Shown here piece by piece: positions 1 to 16,509 of a stretch of 64,000 nt of DNA. The notes under the pieces are model-generated. The model made no database searches and was not told the origin of the DNA. It worked only from the letters and a program-made list of their open reading frames with translations. Source of the stretch: the human T2T-CHM13v2.0 reference genome, Homo sapiens; the NCBI RefSeq assembly GCF_009914755.1, contig NC_060932.1; one strand, written 5' to 3'. Within the stretch, counting starts at the first letter, position 1; the number at the start of each line of letters is the position of its first letter. The translations under genes and the position numbers were made by a program.

Positions 1-410
1 TTCAGGTTATCTTTATAGCAGTATCCCACTATCCCTGGTACCAATTCTTTGTATTAGTCTGTTTTCACACTGCTATAAAGAAATACCTGAGACTGGGTAA
101 TTCACAAAGGAAAGAGGCTTAATTGATTCACAGTTACACATGGCTGAGGAGGCCTCAGGAAATGTACAATCATGGCTGAAGGGGAAGGGGAAGCAGGCAC
201 CTTCTTCACAAGGTAGCAGGAGAGAGATAAGTGAAGGGGAAAGAGCCCCTTATGAAACCATCAGCTCTTGTGAGAACTTCCTACCACGAGAACAGCATGG
301 GGGAAACTGACCCCATGATCCAATCACCTCCCACCAGGTCTTTCTCTCAACACCCGGAAATTACCATTTGACATGAGATTTGGGTGGGGACACAAAGCGA
401 AACTATATTG
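1..410 (-). mobile_element. MaLR LTR (THE1D/MSTA-like) at 50-410 plus adjoining internal sequence at 1-49
   Basis: tgtattagtctgttttcacactgctataaag...gagatttgggtggggacaca is the reverse strand of a THE1/MST LTR; it is preceded by cccact..ctggtaccaatt, typical of the MaLR internal 5' end. Confidence 0.85.
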
Positions 411-1416
411 GGGGGTATCCTTAGAAATATCTAATTTCTAAATTTCACTATTTATATTTCAAAAATAGCAGTTTTTGATTAGTTATGATTTTGTTGGAAA
501 ATAAAATGATCTGGTAAATTTTCTTCATTTAGCCTAGTATTTAGTCAAAATATAAAAAGCCGGATTTGCCAGCAGAAAATTGTAATTACTTTTTAATGAG
601 GTAAACATGCATAAGAATATTACTATTATTGTACAGAGAAGAGAGTAAACAAGAAAAGGAATTTAAAAAGAGAGAATATCAGTACCATATACATACATGA
701 ACTGACAAAGAGACTAAATTCTCCCACTGGAAATTATTTTAGGACTTGAGTAAAAACTTCTAAAAATACCAAAAACAGAAACAAAACACTTGTTTTTAAG
801 ATATAAATTATGCAGAGAACTCTTCTGGTTAAGACAAGATTATATATCAAAAAAAAGAAGACCTTCCTGAGAGCTTTCATTAACCAATTCAACTTGACCA
901 AAACTTTAAAATTAAGTCTACAATTCTGGAATATAAAATACTTTCATTTTGAAAACAGTTAATGGAAGGCAACTTTTAAATAGAAAATTTCTGGTTAAAG
1001 TTGACTCAAACTCAGGAAAAAACTGACTTGTAGCCATGGTAACAAGAAGCCACTCAAAGGTTCATAATCCCTTGGAAAGAATTTGTAAGTCCATTAAATT
1101 TGCCACTCAAAATTTTTTAGATAAAATACCAGTAAAATTTGCAATTCCTCTGACTCATTTTGCCATAATTACAATTATCATGATTACCAGTAAAAGAATA
1201 AATAGTGAATAACCACAATATTGGGCTTTTCTCCCTAAATGAAGGAATATTAATATAAAGAATGTAGCTCATTATAAAGAGCCAAAAGAATAAAAAAATG
1301 CATATAATTACCAGGCAAAATTGTTAGAATGAACCATGTCAAACATTTTTTAAGTGAGAATCAATCAAACAATATACCCAGGATAAACTCCATTCACTCA
1401 TTTAATAAGTATTTAT

Positions 1417-1715
<299 letters not shown>

Positions 1716-1719
1716 TTAC

Positions 1720-3430
<1,711 letters not shown>

Positions 3431-4081
3431 AGTTCTTTTAAGGACATCACACTTAGGAGTCATGACTGTGAATAATGTAATTTGCTTCCACAGTCATGAA
3501 TAGCGATAGATAAGAAACAGTAGTTTTCAAACTTTATGTAAATGGTGCAGTTTTCAAATTTTATATAATTACATATTTTAAAGGTTATAAAAATTATACA
3601 ATATGGTATTTAAAAATGCCAGACCAACATATTACATTCTTAAAATTATAGAACTAAAAGCCCCCTTGAACATTTCTAGATTACATAAGCTCATTATCAT
3701 TTTGTTCATGCTTATAAATAGACTAATACTAAAAGTTTCAAGGGAAGTATTTCTTGCTTCATAAAAACCAGGCAATTCTAGGACAGTTGATACTCATCAA
3801 GTATACAAAGTAATTGATCACAGTAAAATACTGAGTTCTATTAACAGAAATAAAACAGGAAAATGCAGAAAATAATCTTATTTTATCAATGAAATTTTGA
3901 AAATTATATGAAGTATAATTATATGAATTATATGAATATAAAAATTATATGAAGTCACCGTTGAAAACTATGGTGCGGTGAATACAGAAATATATTCTGT
4001 TTTCAAAGGAAGAATAATGTCATGTGTGCAGGGCACTTTTACAAATAAAAGTCACTGTATTAGCAGCACCTTCCTTTTAGC

Positions 4082-4424
4082 ACAAGAGTCAGCGAATTAG
4101 CACTTGTGGGCCAAATCCAGCCCACTGCCTGTTTTTGTAAATAAAGTATGTTGGAACACAGCCATGCTTATTCACTTTCTAGTCCATAGAGTCAATTAGC
4201 TAGGTGTGATGTTGCACACCTGTGGTCCTAGCTAGTAGAGAGGCTGAGGTGGGAGGATCACTAGAGCCCAAAAAGTCGAGGGTGCAGTGAGCCATGATCA
4301 TGCAACTGTACCCCAGCCTGGGCAACAGAGCGAGACCCTGTCTCATAAGAATAAATATATATAGTCCACAAAGCCTAAAATATTTACTAACTGGCTCTTT
4401 GCAGAAAAAGCTGGCCAACTCCTG
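4082..4424. mobile_element. MER58A (hAT-Charlie) interrupted by an Alu right monomer (FRAM/AluJ, ~4197-4360)
   Basis: gggccaaatccagcccactgcctgtttttgtaaataaag ... aaaatatttactaactggctctttgcagaaaaag..ccaactcctg flanking an Alu monomer. Confidence 0.8.
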
Positions 4425-4783
4425 GTTTAGTAGATCAAAGATCCTTTGATGCATTTTAACAAGTTTTACCCAATATACTGAAATGTTTATATGAAATATA
4501 GATCCCCATGTGCAATCCCTTGGCAATATTCAGATTGAGGTTTCAATATTTCAGCACTCAGGCACTGACAACTAAAATTTAATAACTAGCAATCTTGTTG
4601 CTGACAAGTTACAGTGTCAACATAGCATGTAGCTTCCATTTGCAACATAGCAGATATTACAAGAATTCTAACAAAATTGTCTTAAGATGTGTCATCAAAC
4701 TAAATGTTTTAAATACACGTTTATTGTGAAATAATCAGTACACTCTGGATCTAACCTCATTTTTTAAAAAATGGTTGCATACT

Positions 4784-5101
<318 letters not shown>

Positions 5102-5204
5102 TTATTTTCTGGGTTTGAAAATTCAGTTATTTCCTATTGATAAGGACTTAGAGTAACTCCAGCTTGTTGATATAATAATGCTGTAATAAATGTCCTTATA
5201 CATA

Positions 5205-5340
5205 AGTATATATGTAACGAGTATATATGTATATAAATGTATATAATGTATATAAGTGTATATAAATATGTATACACATATATACACAAATATCTTTAAC
5301 ATACATATATTATATATCCTTACTATATGTGTGTGTGTGA
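5205..5340. repeat. Degenerate (TA)n/(TG)n microsatellite
   Basis: agtatatatgtaacgagtatatatgtatataaatg...tatgtgtgtgtgtg. Confidence 0.8.
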
Positions 5341-5399
5341 ATATGCTACTAAATTAACACTCAAAATGTATTTACCAACAGGGTATGAGAATGTCTTTT

Positions 5400-5747
5400 T
5401 CAATGAGACCATTTCCATTACAGTAACACCGATGGAGCTGGTGGCCATTATCCTAAGCAAACTAACGCAGGAACAGAAAATCCGATGCCACATATTCTTA
5501 CTCATTAGTGGAAACTAAACAATGAGAACACATGAACACAAAGAGGAGAAGAAGACACCAGGGCCTACTTGAGGGTGGAGGGCAGCAGGAGGGAGAGCAC
5601 CAAAAAACTACCTATCTGGTATTTTGCTTATTATCTGGCTGATGAAATAATCTGTAGCCCAAATCTCCATGATATAGTTTACCTATATAACAAACCTGCA
5701 CATGTACCCTTAAAACTAAAATTAAAGTCCACTAAAAAGAAAAGAAA
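5400..5747 (+). mobile_element. 5'-truncated L1 3' end (L1PA15/16-like)
   Basis: atggagctggtggccattatcctaagcaaactaacgcaggaacag...aacaaacctgcacatgtaccc followed by A-rich tail. Confidence 0.85.
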
Positions 5748-5970
5748 ATGCCTTTTCCCTCACATTTGCCAATACTGGTTATTTTTCAAATAAATTAATG
5801 ACTGGAAAAAATGGTAACACATTGTTTGCTGATTTTCATTCTTCTGATTACCAGACAAGGCTGCATATCCTAGTAAAAGTATAAAATTTGTTCATCATGA
5901 ATATTAGCCCAAATTAGGATTAGTTTGAATGCACATAGTTATCTCCTGTTAAATGTTGCCATAGGCTTAC

Positions 5971-6137
5971 CTATGATATTCTTCATTCTCTGTGCTAGGA
6001 AATTGCTGATTTTCAGGCTTTCTGCTCTTTCTTTGTGGAATTAATCCATCATCACCATTGCCAGCAGTGGCACCATCAGTCAGGTTTTCTGATATTCCCC
6101 CGTTATTACTTCTGTGCCTCTGCATTTCTTCTTCAAC
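5971..6137 (-). pseudogene. POTE-like exon (VEEEMQRH...EEYHR)
   Basis: ctcaag|GTTGAAGAA...TATCATAG|gtaagc, 167 bp; visible within ORF 5967..6218. Confidence 0.92.
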
Positions 6138-7180
6138 CTTGAGTGGAAGTTTGATATTAAGGATGGTTATTGCTTTATTGAATAAAAAGAACCTTTTAAT
6201 TTTAATTGATTTTATCACTTGACTCAGTTTGTTACTTTAGTTATTAAAAATATTTCACACTTAAATTTAATCATATATACAGAACTGTTACCATACAATT
6301 TTAAGATGCAATTATTATATCATTAGTATAACACTGAAATTTTTGTAAAGTTTCCTTCATTTCTGTTTGAATGAATAAGATAATTTTCAAAAATTTCAAA
6401 AAGGGACCTCCTTCATTTTGTGCTTTTATTCCCAACCACTCTTCAGAATCTAATATAAATAGTCACCCCATCTGACTTGTGGGAGCACACAAATAAAAAT
6501 ACAAAGATGCAAAATGTGTCTTCTTCCATCTTTACCACCTGGATTTTCCATTAAACAGTCAGATTTAGAGGATGAGACACTGTGGGGCTTCAGGAATAGA
6601 AAGGAATATTGCCCTTTTCCACACTACGATATTCTTCTCCCCCGCTGCCTTTGATTATTCTTTTTTCATTTGGTTCCTGGGATATCAAAAATATAAAGGT
6701 GCTCACTGCAACATGGGAACCAAAGTTTGCCACAACACAAGGAGGAGAATAAAACTGCTGAGGTGCTAGCATGGAATTCCAGAAAATGAGATGCTCCCCA
6801 AATTTCACATTCAATAGCCATAAAATTTTCTAGCTGGAGGATATACAAAATAAGAGATTATCTTCTTTAGCCACATTATCTATTGATAATCAGACTAAAA
6901 CCAAGAGATAAAATGATTGATCCAAAGCTCCTAAAGTGGCATTACCTACCATTTTATGGCACCATTCAGGATTATTCCATAATGATGAAGAATATCTCTA
7001 CGGTTTGTCTCTAAAACTCAATGTACAGAACTTAGCGTTCTGAGTTAAATACTAAATTTTTCACTGATGATTTATGCTATTTACATGATAGAATCATACA
7101 TGCCTAAACTTACTACACTTTGTTAAACAACATAATGTAAAAATCTAATTCAACAGAAATATTTGAATATAAAGGTATAC

Positions 7181-7225
7181 CTCTCTATCACAATCCTTAT
7201 TTATGTCTGGTTCTTGAGACATTTT
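7181..7225 (-). pseudogene. POTE-like exon (KMSQEPDINKDCDRE)
   Basis: ctgcag|AAAATGTCTCAAGAA...GATAGAGAG|gtatac, 45 bp. Confidence 0.9.
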
Positions 7226-8611
7226 CTGCAGATGCAAAAATAGAAGGTTAATTTGCTTGCTGTATTGCTCAGATGTCTGCTCTTTTGAAGTACATGCTTT
7301 TAAAATAATTTTACTCTTAAGTAATCAAGTATGGACAATGAAAAATTAGAAAATAATTAAAATTAAAATTTACCTGCTAAAGTAAATAAATAATTAAAAT
7401 TAAGAATTAACTTTTTAATCTATGTTAAGCTACTGTCACATCACTGGCTTCTGAGTAACACTTGAAAAATAATTTATCTTAGCCAAAGGGAGAAGAAAAA
7501 CATGAACCAGCAAACGTAACTGTGTCACCATTTGTTTGGATTAAACTTAATTCATTATGTGTTAAATCTACCAAAAATGAATTAGCAGATGATTTGTAGT
7601 GTTGCAAAGACTTCCTCATTGAAAAGATTTTACTTCACCATACCCTAACTAGTGAGTCCCTACAGTGCATTTAAGTGCTTTTTTAAAAGATTACTAACTG
7701 GAGTGTAGACACACTTTAAATTATTAGGAGCTGAAATCAACATCAAACAGAAAGAAATGCAAATTCTTAAATTTTAATTTAAATTATATACAGTAATATG
7801 ATAGTGTTATGCATCTACACTATCTGCTTAAGTCCAAGTCTAATATATTCTAATGTGTACTAATGACAGTGGATAAAAATTTTTAAATAATATGTACTGA
7901 TTTTCTGCAATTGAAATAAGTTAGAATGTTACTGTGATTTTACACTAACATCAAAGGTCCCATTCTGCAAAATATGATTCTTGTAATAGGCAGTTGGGTT
8001 GCTTTTATGATCTGGTTCTCTCCCTGAACAGAAACCCTGAGATCAATGACAGACCACAAGGCAGAATGCATCTTTAACCTTGGCATCAGTGACTGGCAAT
8101 ATGAAACTGCAGATTTTCAATCACTGGCCATGATTACTTCTTTACCATGAATCCAGCTCAGGGACCAACACTGTTACACTGTTCATAATTTCAATTGCTT
8201 AATAATATTATCCAATAATTGATGTTACTTTATCATGTTAAGGTGTTGTAAAAATAAAAGAACAAAGTTCTGGAATTTATTTTGCCTCTCTTCCAAAGGG
8301 AAAGATTAGCTATAAGCTAATCAAGAAAGCAGGTAAGAATATTTTAAATAAGAATATTTTAAATTTAATAGTGAGTCATAATGTTTAAGTTAAATAGCAA
8401 ATATTAACTTAGAATCTATTGATTCTTCTGCTAATGAGGTTGCTAAATTTATTAAGGTAAACTTTAAGAATTTATTAAAAGATTCTTTAAAAAAAGAATC
8501 TATTGATTCTCAAAGCCTAGTCTGAAAGGTAATTTTATTTGGACAATCTAATATTATTAAAATACAGAAAACAACATTAAACCAGAAATCGACATTTAAA
8601 ATTTTACATGC

Positions 8612-8682
8612 CTCATGCTGGCTATTTTCACTTCCTTTAAGCCTTTGTGGCTCTTCCTCTGATGTCAGCTTTAAGTCTTGCT
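8612..8682 (-). pseudogene. POTE-like exon (EQDLKLTSEEEPQRLKGSENSQHE), GC donor
   Basis: ctcttcag|AGCAAGAC...CAGCATGAG|gcatgt, 71 bp. Confidence 0.9.
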
Positions 8683-11232
8683 CTGAAGAGAAATCCATAC
8701 ATTCAATTAAAATGAACCACTTAGAACAATTAAAAACTATTGCCTTTATAAAAATAGATTTAAGACATTTCATTTTATTTCATAAATTGAGCATTTAAAT
8801 GAAGCTTAATCTTTCATGAAATAGTTACTTAAGAAATAATTCTCCAAAACTTCAACAAACCACTTGGGGAGACACCAGATGTCACCAGATTGAAGACATA
8901 CAAACATGTCAGACATTCACTCACAAATTCATCCACCAAACATAAATGAACAAAACCACCAGAAACACAACTTTAAAATACAGTAGAAACATATAAGGTA
9001 ACACAGTATATTGTTCTCCACTTCCTAATAGTACCTTATAAATGATTTCCAAAATCACTGCTGATACCTTTATTAGTGTACAATGTCTTCCTAATATCTA
9101 AAATGTTTCCCTCCACTATTCTGACAATTTTTTTTTCATCTTTTAAAACAATCCTATGTGGAGTCTTTCTTGACTCTACATGTCTTTCCCCAGATAAACA
9201 GGTACCTCTTTCCTTGAGGCTGCCTTTGTACTTTACTGATTTTTCTACTGCATCTTTACCACCTGAACTGTACATTATTGTTCCACATGTCTGTCCCCTC
9301 TGCTCCAAGACTGTAGGGGACAGTTTTGCACATCACCTTTGAATAAACAGTCTTTATTTTACTCAGCAATGTTTTATTGAGTCCTGCTACATACATACCA
9401 GGCACTAGGGTTTAAAAAGAATGAAAATAAAGCATGTCAGGGATGGCTTTTCTAGAAATCATGCCCAAGCAGAGACTTAAATATTGAGGCTAGCCAGATT
9501 AAAAGGGGCAGGGGGCAGGAAAGGGTGACAGTATGCCAGGAAGCAACAAGATAGGGAGTAAGGCCTGCAAGAGTGAATGTGTATTTGCCTACAATAGAAG
9601 GATGAGTGAGTAGGGCATTACCAGCAGTTCAGTAATGCCAGAGAAAGGGCACACAGGGAAAACAGCTAAAGATAGAGGCTGGGGCAGAAGTCAGATTATG
9701 AAAGCCTTATGTGTAATTTTAAGATGCTTGGACATTAATGTTCAAGAATGGTCTCTGGTTCTATCTGCATTAGATATAAATCACTTTAAATGCCAAAACC
9801 AATATTCCTAGTGAACCATTATTCATTAACACAAGGTAATAGATAGCTCATGTGGACACAGCTGGGATGATACTATGTAGAAAACTCTCAAAAATTGTTA
9901 TGAATACTTGGAAAGTCAATTCTATAATAAAGTCATAGAAACTATAAGAAATCACTTAATATTTGTTTGAGAAGGTGCTTTCTAAAGTTATAATGCATAT
10001 AAATATAACTAATAGTTGTGAATTCAGAGCTGTGAAAATAAAGCAAAGAAACCACATTGCGTTTGAGTCAGCAATCTTTAGATTTCTATATAGTTTTCCC
10101 ATCTAGTCCCTAAATTCTAAATATAATCCTAGTACTCACTCTCAAATTTACTTTAAATACTAGCCTATACAAAAAATGCTCTTTCTCTTACTTTTGTTAT
10201 TTTTATGTTGCTTTTGTTAAAGGAAGAACACAAAAATGCCCCACTAAAAGGGATTCTGTTTGGTTGCAGGCTGCAAGAGAGGAGGAAACACAAAGCACAT
10301 TTTGCCAGAAAATGATTTTTTAGAAGTCAGAATATAATATGAAGTCAAACAGAGGCACTCTAGAACTGAATTTGCTGTGCTTCTTTAATATGTTCCTTTC
10401 TCTCTTTGTTTTCTGGCAGCTGTGACTCACGCAGGTCATGGAGAGTATCATTCCCTAAGGAAAATACAACTCCAATATACATCTTTATCTATTAAGTTCA
10501 TCTGTCCCAATTCTGTGGATGCTGACTGACTTTCAGTTACTGATGGTGATACACATGGACACTTATCATCAACTTTCAGATTCTTGAATCTGTGACAATT
10601 CTTATTACTGAGAGACAAACTAGTAGGATGCCAGCTATAAATGCTGATTATCCAATTATCTACTCAAAATACAAGAATATCCCATTAAACATGCACAGAA
10701 AAAAAAAAGCAGTCATTCCTGCTGACCTGCTGCTCTTTGCTATTCTGTATTCACCAGAAAATTTCCCACTCCTTCCTCATGTCGAGGTTAAATGCTAGTG
10801 TACACCTGGAAACCTCTGAATCATCTGAGATTTCTCTCTATCCCCCAAATCTTTTTCATTCAATCATCACTAAATCATATTGACTATACCTCTCTTCTGC
10901 CTCTGCTTTATATTCTCACCGCCACTGGGAACATAAACATTTATCAAATGGCTTTTGTTTAAAAAAAACCCGCCAACTATTAATGTTATTTCTTACATGA
11001 AAAAAGAACTTAAGCAAAACAAATGAAAAAGGCATAACACCAAAAAAGGCCAACATTTTAAAATGAATAACTGAGATTCCTAACTTTATTTCACCATAGA
11101 TGGGTGAAAACCTTAAATACATTGATACTAGTCCAAGGATGTATGACAAGGAAACTATAGCTGACTACTGCAAAAGCTTCCTTTGTCTCCTGGTTTCTTT
11201 ACTAAAATGGTTACCTTCCATCAACCTCCATG

Positions 11233-11443
11233 AGGGGTCACAAACTATAGGCCACAGGCCAAATCCAGTCTGTCTTATGGTTTTTTAAATAAAATTTTAT
11301 TGGATCTCAGTCATGCCTATTTGCTTACATATTATCCATAGTTGCTTTCTCACTGTGACAGCAGGGTTAAGTAGATATGACAGAGACCACATAGTCTAAA
11401 ATATTTCCCACACGGTCCTTTACAGAAAAAGCCTGATGACCCC
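11233..11443. mobile_element. MER58A DNA transposon
   Basis: aggggtcacaaact...ggccaaatccag...ggtcctttacagaaaaagcctgatgacccct with terminal inverted repeats. Confidence 0.8.
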
Positions 11444-12777
11444 TATTTTACACCATAGCCAGAATGCCTTAACACTCCAATTTAATCTCCTGACTCCCCT
11501 GCTCAAATTTCTCCAATGAGTCCCTGCATCAGCCATTGCTGGCTCCCTACCAATAGCCATTCCTAATTCTTTCTTGCAGAAGAAACACAAATCTATTGGG
11601 ATACTTATTATCCCAATATTCTTCCCCAGCTACAGAAAGAGAAACAATTATTCTAAGCTAATCACATAATTACATTTGCTTTCCCAGTGTCCAGTATGGG
11701 GATGCGCATGTGGTGTGACCCAGCCAATGAAATGTTACAGGAAGTCCACTGCATGCTTCTAAGTTTTCTCCCTATTTAAAGAAACGTGAAGAAAAGCAGC
11801 CCTTGCAACGTTGTGTTCTGAGAACAAGATGTTTGGAGCTGTTGCAGATTAGCCAGCCATGAAAGGAGATTTGAAGAAGACACTGCCAACAGCACAGCTG
11901 AAAGAGGGACAAGTGGGATTCTAGGATATCACTGAACAATCAAAACAACTCTAGTTCCTACTGTTTTAACCACTCCTCATCTAGTATTTGCAGTCCAAAG
12001 CATTCTACCTGGTAAATTTCCCATGGCCCACGGGATAAGAGCTACTCATTTCTATAGTATTAAAAATTCTATCATAAACTTGCCTTAGCTTAGTATTCAC
12101 CTCATTCCCAACCTCTCATATCTCACACTTTTTGTACTAGCAAAAGTGAACTGCTCGTAAACCCTGCAAAGTTCACTCAAGCATCTTGTCTTTTGCACTT
12201 GCTGCTCTTCCTCCCATACAAGCAATCTCATTAGATGTTCCTTCTGCCAAACACACAATCTCCTTACGTGTTCTTTCTGCCAAACATCATTCTTCTGCTA
12301 CTTTACCTAGAAAAAAATCTACTCACTCTGCATGCTTACCTTAAATCCTACCTACTTTTTTTTTAAAGCCTTCATTCCTAAACACATGTGTCTGGCACAT
12401 AATCAATATAATATAAAACCATAAATATAAACTTCCAGTGGGCATCTAGCACACAGTAAGCTCTGAATAAAGTAGCAAAATAATAAAAATGACAATGACA
12501 ACAACAAGCTCCTGTCTGTATTTTTAACTGTGTTCTGTAGCATTAAAAAAATGCTTAGTATCTAAAAGACATTTGATAGCTATTTGTTAAATAGATAGGT
12601 GAAAACATAAATAAAAATGTTTCCTTGTAAATTCTATTGAAAAAGTATAGAAATGAAATAGACACAGCTCTATTCTATTATGAGCACCTTAAAGATCAAA
12701 ACTACATCTAGTCCATCTTTGTCTCCTGCAACGTACAAAACCTAACTTACAGAAGCTCTTTGATAAACATATGGCTA

Positions 12778-13098
<321 letters not shown>

Positions 13099-13510
13099 TT
13101 AAATTAAAGGTGTTCTCACACAGTTTGAATTGTACAATATACTAGGTGTCCACATCCAGGTAGCATACTAGCATTTTTGTTATTATGAAACATTTTTGTA
13201 CTTTTATTATAATCTGCTGAGCCTAGAGTTGGGCAATTTGTATATTTATTATGACAATCTTTTGGCGAATGGTAGCAGAGCATCTTGTTTTAACAAAATT
13301 ATTGTTATCACGACAATTAGCCAGCAGGTACAAGAATACATCTTGTTCCAACAAAGTAAATATATCTCTTTCAATTTCAAATTAAAAGGAATAAAGTCAG
13401 TAACAGTGAGACCTTGCTGGTACAAGCATATGTAACATGACCTGTGCTTTGCTGTTCATGATCAAAACTTCCTTACTTTTACTTTTTATCTATGGTAGGA
13501 CCACCCAGAG

Positions 13511-14045
13511 CAGGTATCCACAACTCCCAGGCCACAGACTGGTACCAGTCCATGGCCTTTTTGGAACCACGCCACACAGGAGGAGGTGAGCATCAGGCAA
13601 GCCAGAGAAGCTTCATCTGTATTTATAGCCATGCCCCATGGCTCATATTACCACCTAAGCTCCGCCTCCTGTCAGATCAGTGGTAGCATTAGATACTCAT
13701 GGGAGCGTGAACCCTGTTGTTAACTGCCCATGCGAGGGATCTAGGTTGTGTGCTTCTTATGAGAATCTAATGCCTGATGGTCTGTCACTGTCTCCCTTTG
13801 CCCCCAGATGGGACCATTTAATTGCAGGAAAACAAGCTCAGAGATTCCACTCATTCTACATTATGGTAAGTTGTATAATTATTTCATTATATATTACAAT
13901 GTAATAATAATATAAAGTAGCACAATAAATGCAATGTGCTTGAATAATTCTGAAACCATCCACACCTTCCCCTAGTCCAAGGAAAAACTGTCTTTCACAA
14001 AACCGATCCCTGGTGCCAAAAAAGCAAAAAGGTTGGGGACAATTG
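13511..14045 (+). mobile_element. MER1A DNA transposon (hAT-Charlie)
   Basis: ~535 bp, cagg..cc.caac...ggttggggac..tg termini, characteristic body (gaagcttcatctgtatttatagcc, ttatgagaatctaatgcctgat); degenerate 8-bp TSD acccagag/acctaaag. Confidence 0.9.
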
Positions 14046-14076
14046 ACCTAAAGTAATTCACTATAAGAAGTCTTAC

Positions 14077-14147
14077 CTGGATTGCTGTTTTCAGAACAGT
14101 TTTTTGGCATCTGTTTTTCCTTATAGTCAGAAAATAATTGGCAAATT
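14077..14147 (-). pseudogene. POTE-like exon (ICQLFSDYKEKQMPKNCSENSNP)
   Basis: tacatag|AATTTGCC...AATCCAG|gtaaga on the minus strand, 71 bp, open frame. Confidence 0.9.
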
Positions 14148-14642
14148 CTATGTATAAAAATGTAATAAATAAAATTATTTTAATACTGATATAAAAATAC
14201 TTACCAAATGAAAAATTCTTAGAGTATTTCAAATATCAGAATATCAGAAAACAAGATTATCCCATCCACTTATGTGTACATCCTACAAACTTTTCATTAA
14301 GCTTCTAATTAAAAAAGAAAAAAGTAAGGTGAAATACTCATAAACTGAGGGCACCATGACTCAATAAATTAACTTGCATTCGCTTGACATAATAGAAAGT
14401 CCCAACTCTGAAGAAGTCCTAGCTCCATAATGAACAGCTATTTGTTCTTGGAAAATTTACTTCTCTTAGGCTCAATGTCTTCTTCTACAAAGTGAGGAAT
14501 TTGCTGCCTTATTTCACTAAGCTATAAAGATTTAACAAGATAAATTTTTAAATGCTCACAGAAATAGTAAAGCAATGGAATAACCTGTTCCTAAACTTTA
14601 TGACTGAAATTATCTTCGAATCCCAAATAAAACCCAATGTGT

Positions 14643-14926
<284 letters not shown>

Positions 14927-15546
14927 CCTAAAGTGTATTTTGTTCATAGGTCCTAATATGCAAATGTTGTAGCTTTCAGGAAATGTTATTGTCTTTTGTT
15001 TATTAGTTGTCCTACTCTTTATGGCTTATAACTCACAGCATCTCAACTATTTCAGAGTTTATAATTAAATTTATTCATAAATATCTCATTAAAGTAGGTA
15101 ACATGATTGTCCACTATTATGGAGTTTATCAATCACAACAAGGGCAGAAAACCAATGGATGGATGTCAAAACCTGGCTTGGACCAATGATCCTTCTCTAC
15201 AGACTCACACTCTGAACCCGCAGATGTTTGTTAGGATAATGCTTCATATCCATGTTCATCTCCAGCTGACATGGGAGACCAAAATCCTATTTTTATTTGT
15301 TTTAGGTTCCATGAAGAAGTTGCAAATTCATTCTCTAATTTTTGAGACACATACTAACGATATATTTTGCACACAACACTCTACACATTATTCAGCTCCG
15401 GGGACATCTCATAGGCCACCTTACATGAATATTTTTGTAGCGAAAATCACAATTTCAATATTTAGATGGCAGCCATTTTGCTTTGATTCACACTGTTTCC
15501 TTAGAGTTAGTGAGCAAATAGTCAAATGACCTTCCAGTGACTGTGC

Positions 15547-15652
15547 AAAATATGGAATGCTTCAAAAATTTGTGCAGCGTCCCTATGCAGGGGCCATGCT
15601 AATTTTCTCTGTATTGTTCCAATTTTAGGATATGTGCAGCCGAAGCAAGCAC
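15547..15652 (-). pseudogene. U6 snRNA pseudogene, full length, diverged
   Basis: Reverse complement reads GTGCTTGCTTCGGCTGCACATATCCTAAAATTGGAACAATACAGAGAAAATTAGCATGGCCCCTGCATAGGGACGCTGCACAAATTTTTGAAGCATTCCATATTTT, i.e. U6 with ACAGAGA box and many substitutions; no PSE/TATA promoter evident. Confidence 0.93.
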
Positions 15653-16260
15653 AAAGCCCTACTTTTACACATGGACAGTGATGAGTCACGAACAAGATTT
15701 GGCTCTCAGTCTAACTAACCTACTTGAGATCTCGAGAATTATCTCCAAAGGTTTCCTGTGAGGTAGAATTAGAAAATATTTTTAAATCTTGAGGAAGAGA
15801 TGCAAGTAGCTTGGGAGATTTTCATTATCATGGAAAATAGATCACTCAAGGGGCCAACCACAACTGGGTGCCCACTGCTCTAGGGAAGGTTAACATGGGG
15901 CTTTCTACTGCCTAAGGTACTATACAGGATATAAAGGTGCCTCAGTGTATGTATCTGGTAGCAAAGAAGAAGAAACAAACACTGATGTCTTTCTGCCACA
16001 TTATTTGAACCTCTCTGACAGTTTAGAACAAGCCCAACTAATATCTCCTAGAGAAAAGACCAACACAGGACTCAAAAGATCTCTTAACATGAAGTTCTCA
16101 GTTAAGTCTAGGATAAGATGTGGGTTCCACATCAGGTTTTGAATGTGGGGGGAATTGAAAAACTGATGGTAGGAAGGAAAAGGTATTATTCTGTAAGCTG
16201 ATAGATACTGCCAATAATATTCATTTTAATGTCCCAATCACAGAGATAAAAGTCAAATTA

Positions 16261-16393
16261 GGCCAGGCGTGGTGTCACACCTGTAATCCCAGCATTTTGA
16301 GAGGCTGAGGTGGAATTGCTTGAGCCCAGGAGTTCAAGACCAGCCTGGGAAACATGGCAAAAACCCCATCTCTACTAAAAAAAAAAAAAAAAA
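16261..16393 (+). mobile_element. Alu left monomer (FLAM_C-like)
   Basis: ggccaggcgtggtg...ttgcttgagcccaggagttcaagaccagcctggg...ctctactaaaaaa, ends after one arm. Confidence 0.85.
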
Positions 16394-16509
16394 CTTTAAG
16401 CCAAAGGAAACTTGGGGTTCAAATGAATAGGTATTGCTCATTTTTTCAATACTTAGATTTATAGAATATATGTAAATCAGATATTTCCAATGATAAATAC
16501 TAGGATTTG

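Noticed and set aside
3690-3712. Minus-strand catgaacaaaatgataatgag, resembling the start of the POTE DEQND exon
   Set aside because: Similarity stops after ~15 nt and the frame closes; not supportable as an exon
15547-15652. Functional U6 snRNA gene
   Set aside because: Many substitutions in conserved positions and no recognisable upstream TATA/PSE
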